From the human T2T-CHM13v2.0 reference genome, Homo sapiens, in assembly GCF_009914755.1 (NCBI RefSeq), contig NC_060940.1: DNA of 64,000 nucleotides; one strand, written 5' to 3'. This document shows positions 61,549 to 64,000 of this stretch, piece by piece; position 1 is the stretch's first letter, and the number at the start of each line of letters is the position of its first letter. The notes under the pieces were generated by a model. The model saw nothing but the letters and a program-made list of their open reading frames with translations. It searched no databases and had not been told where the DNA came from. The position numbers and the translations under genes are program-made.

Positions 61549-62629
61549 ACTTATAATTTTTTGAGTCCTCTCTCTTTTTGATCCTTTGCTTAATCTGGCC
61601 AAAAGTTTCTCAATTTTGTTTTCTTTGAAAAACTCAATTCAGTTTCTTTGATCTTTTCTATTGCCTTTCTAGTCTTTATTTAGTCTCTTTTTGTTCTAAT
61701 TCTTACTATTTTCATAATTATGCTAACATTGGGATTATTTTGTTCATGTTCAAGTTTCTTGAGGAATTGAGTTAGATTGCTTATTCAACATCTTTTTTTT
61801 TCTTAATGTAGAACTTTATTATTATAAACTTCTGTACTAGAACTGTTTTGGTTGCATCACAGAAGTTTTGGTTTCTTGTGTTTCCAATTTCATTTGTCTC
61901 AGGATATGTTTAGATTTTTCTTTTGATTTCTTCTTCATCCTATTGATTTTTCAGGAGTGTGTTGTTTAATATTTACGTATTTGTGAATTTCCAGTTTTCT
62001 TTCTGCTATTGATTTTCAGTTTTATATCAGTGCAATCAGAAAAAAAAACTTGATATAATTTTAATCTTTATACATTTGAAAAGACTTACTGCTTTTTACT
62101 TTTGGTTTAACATGTGATCTGTCCTGGAGAATATTTCATGTATTCTTAGAAGACTGTATTCTCATATTGTTGGATGGGATGTTATATGTACATTTAGTCT
62201 ATAGTGTTATAGTAGTGCACTGCTTTCTTAATTTTGTGCCTGAATGATCTATCCATTTTAAGTAGGGTACTAATGTTCTCTTTTGTTGTATTTCTGTATA
62301 TTTCTCCTTCCAGTTCTGTTAATGTATGCTTTATATATTTAAGTATTCCAGTGTTGGGTGCATATATCTATTTAATTGCTCTATCCTCTAGACAAATTAA
62401 CCTCTCTATTATTATATAGTTAACTCCTTTGTCTCTTGTGACAGATTTTGTCAGACAGCCTGTTTTGTCTAATGTAAGTATAGCTACCCCTGCCTGCACT
62501 CTTTTGTTTATCATTTGTATGGAATATCCTTTCCAGTTCTTTCACTGTTAGCTTATGTTTGTCCTTAAATCAAAAGTGAGTCTCTTGTAAGCAACCTGTC
62601 ACTGGATTTTTAAAAATTCATTCAGCCAC

Positions 62630-63010
62630 TGTCTGTTTTAAATCCATTTTGTGCTGCTATATCAGAATATTCACAGGGTATTTTATAATGAAATGGGTGA
62701 TTTATAAGGAATACAAATTAATTTAGCCTGTGATTCTGGAGGCAGGGAAGGCAGAGAGCATGACACTGGCATCTGGTGAAGACCTTTTTGCTGCATAATA
62801 ACATGGCCAAAGGCACGAGGGGGAGAGAGCTCCCTTTTATAACAAACGCACACTTGTGATAATTAACCCACTGCTGTGATAAGGACATTAATACATTCAT
62901 GCAGGCAGAGCTCTCATGGCCTAATCACTTCTTAAAAGTCCCACTTCTTAATTCTATCACAGTGGCTATTAAATTTTAACCTAAATTTTGGAAGTGACAT
63001 TCAGTCTTTA
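62630..63010. mobile_element. MaLR LTR (MST/MLT1A-like)
   Basis: tccattttgtgctgctata...ggcagagctctcatggcctaatcacttcttaaaagtcccac. Confidence 0.7.
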
Positions 63011-64000
63011 TCAATGTCTGTTTATTGGATAATTTAATCTCTTTATATGTAATTATTGATAGGTAACTATTATAAGTTTGTTTTCTATTTTATACTTTGT
63101 TTCTTTTTTCCTCTTATGCTTTGGTCATGTTAATTTTTTGTCTTGTTTTTGTTGTTTTTATATACTTTGATTACTTTCTTTTTTTCTTGTATCTACTACA
63201 GTTTTTTTTTCTCTAGTGGTTATAAGACTTACATAAAACATCATATAACAGCCTAGTTTAAGATGATAATTATCCAACTTTTATGCATAGAAAAACTCTA
63301 TGCTTTTCCTCCCCTTCACACATTTTATACTATATATGTCACATTTTAAAACTTTTTATATTTTGTATTCATTAACAAATTATCATAGCTATACTTTTAA
63401 AAAATAGTTTTGTTTTATAGTTCTTATACTAGAATTAAAAGTGACTTATGTACCACCATTACAATATTCGAGTATTCTGAATTTCACTATTTACCATTTC
63501 CAGTGATGTTTGTAGTTTTAATGTTTTCATATTTAGTTAGCATTTCATCACTTCAACTTGAGTAATTCCCTTTAGTCGTTTAGCATTTCTAGACAGGTCT
63601 AGTGGTGATGAATTCCTTTAACTTTTTTTTTTGGTGGGGGGGTCTTGAAATGTCTTCATCTCTCTTTTATTTCTAAAAGATGCTTTGTTGTGTATAGCCT
63701 ACTTAGTTGTCTTTTTTGTTTGTTTGTTTGTTTAATTTTCCTTCTTTCAGCACTTTTAATATATGGTATCACTCCCATTTGGCCTGTAAGGTTTCTGCTA
63801 AAAAATCTACTGATAACATTATAAAGTTTCCCTTGTATGTGAAGAATCTCTTATTTCATGCTGCTTTCATGATTCTTGCTTTGTCTTTGAATTTTGACAG
63901 TTTAATTATGATATGCCCCAGGGGAATCTTCATTAGGTTCTTCTTGCCATGGGTATTTTGAGCTTTATGAAACTTCTTGTTCATATCCTTTTCCAGATTT

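Overview
Repeat-dense primate (human-like) genomic DNA. The gene content matches, from recollection and not from a search, human 16p11.2 around CLUHP3 and ZNF720/KRBOX5. From left to right: the env 3' end and 3' LTR of a HERV-K-type provirus inserted in an antisense L1; nested L1, Alu and ERVL relics; an RBM22 processed pseudogene; a full-length but disrupted L1PA; a CA-rich tract; a decayed SUMO2 retrocopy on the minus strand; an orphan KRAB-ZNF-type CpG promoter and ATG exon 1 (~34 kb); an intron-containing, internally deleted CLUH pseudogene (36.5-45.4 kb); then a second KRAB-ZNF promoter/exon 1 (46.8 kb) with KRAB-A and KRAB-B exons (56.0-56.7 kb). No C2H2 exon lies in the window. The most interesting observations are: (1) apparent capture of a ZNF promoter by the CLUH copy, with splice sites preserved mainly in its 5' exons; (2) each of the two ZNF promoters is bracketed by its own ~0.22-0.25 kb direct repeat ~2.1 kb apart; (3) an inverted copy of the LTR U5 region inside HERV env; (4) a MER4A LTR split across strands by an inversion at an Alu. 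Family assignments rely on remembered consensus or protein sequences, and most repeat boundaries are approximate.
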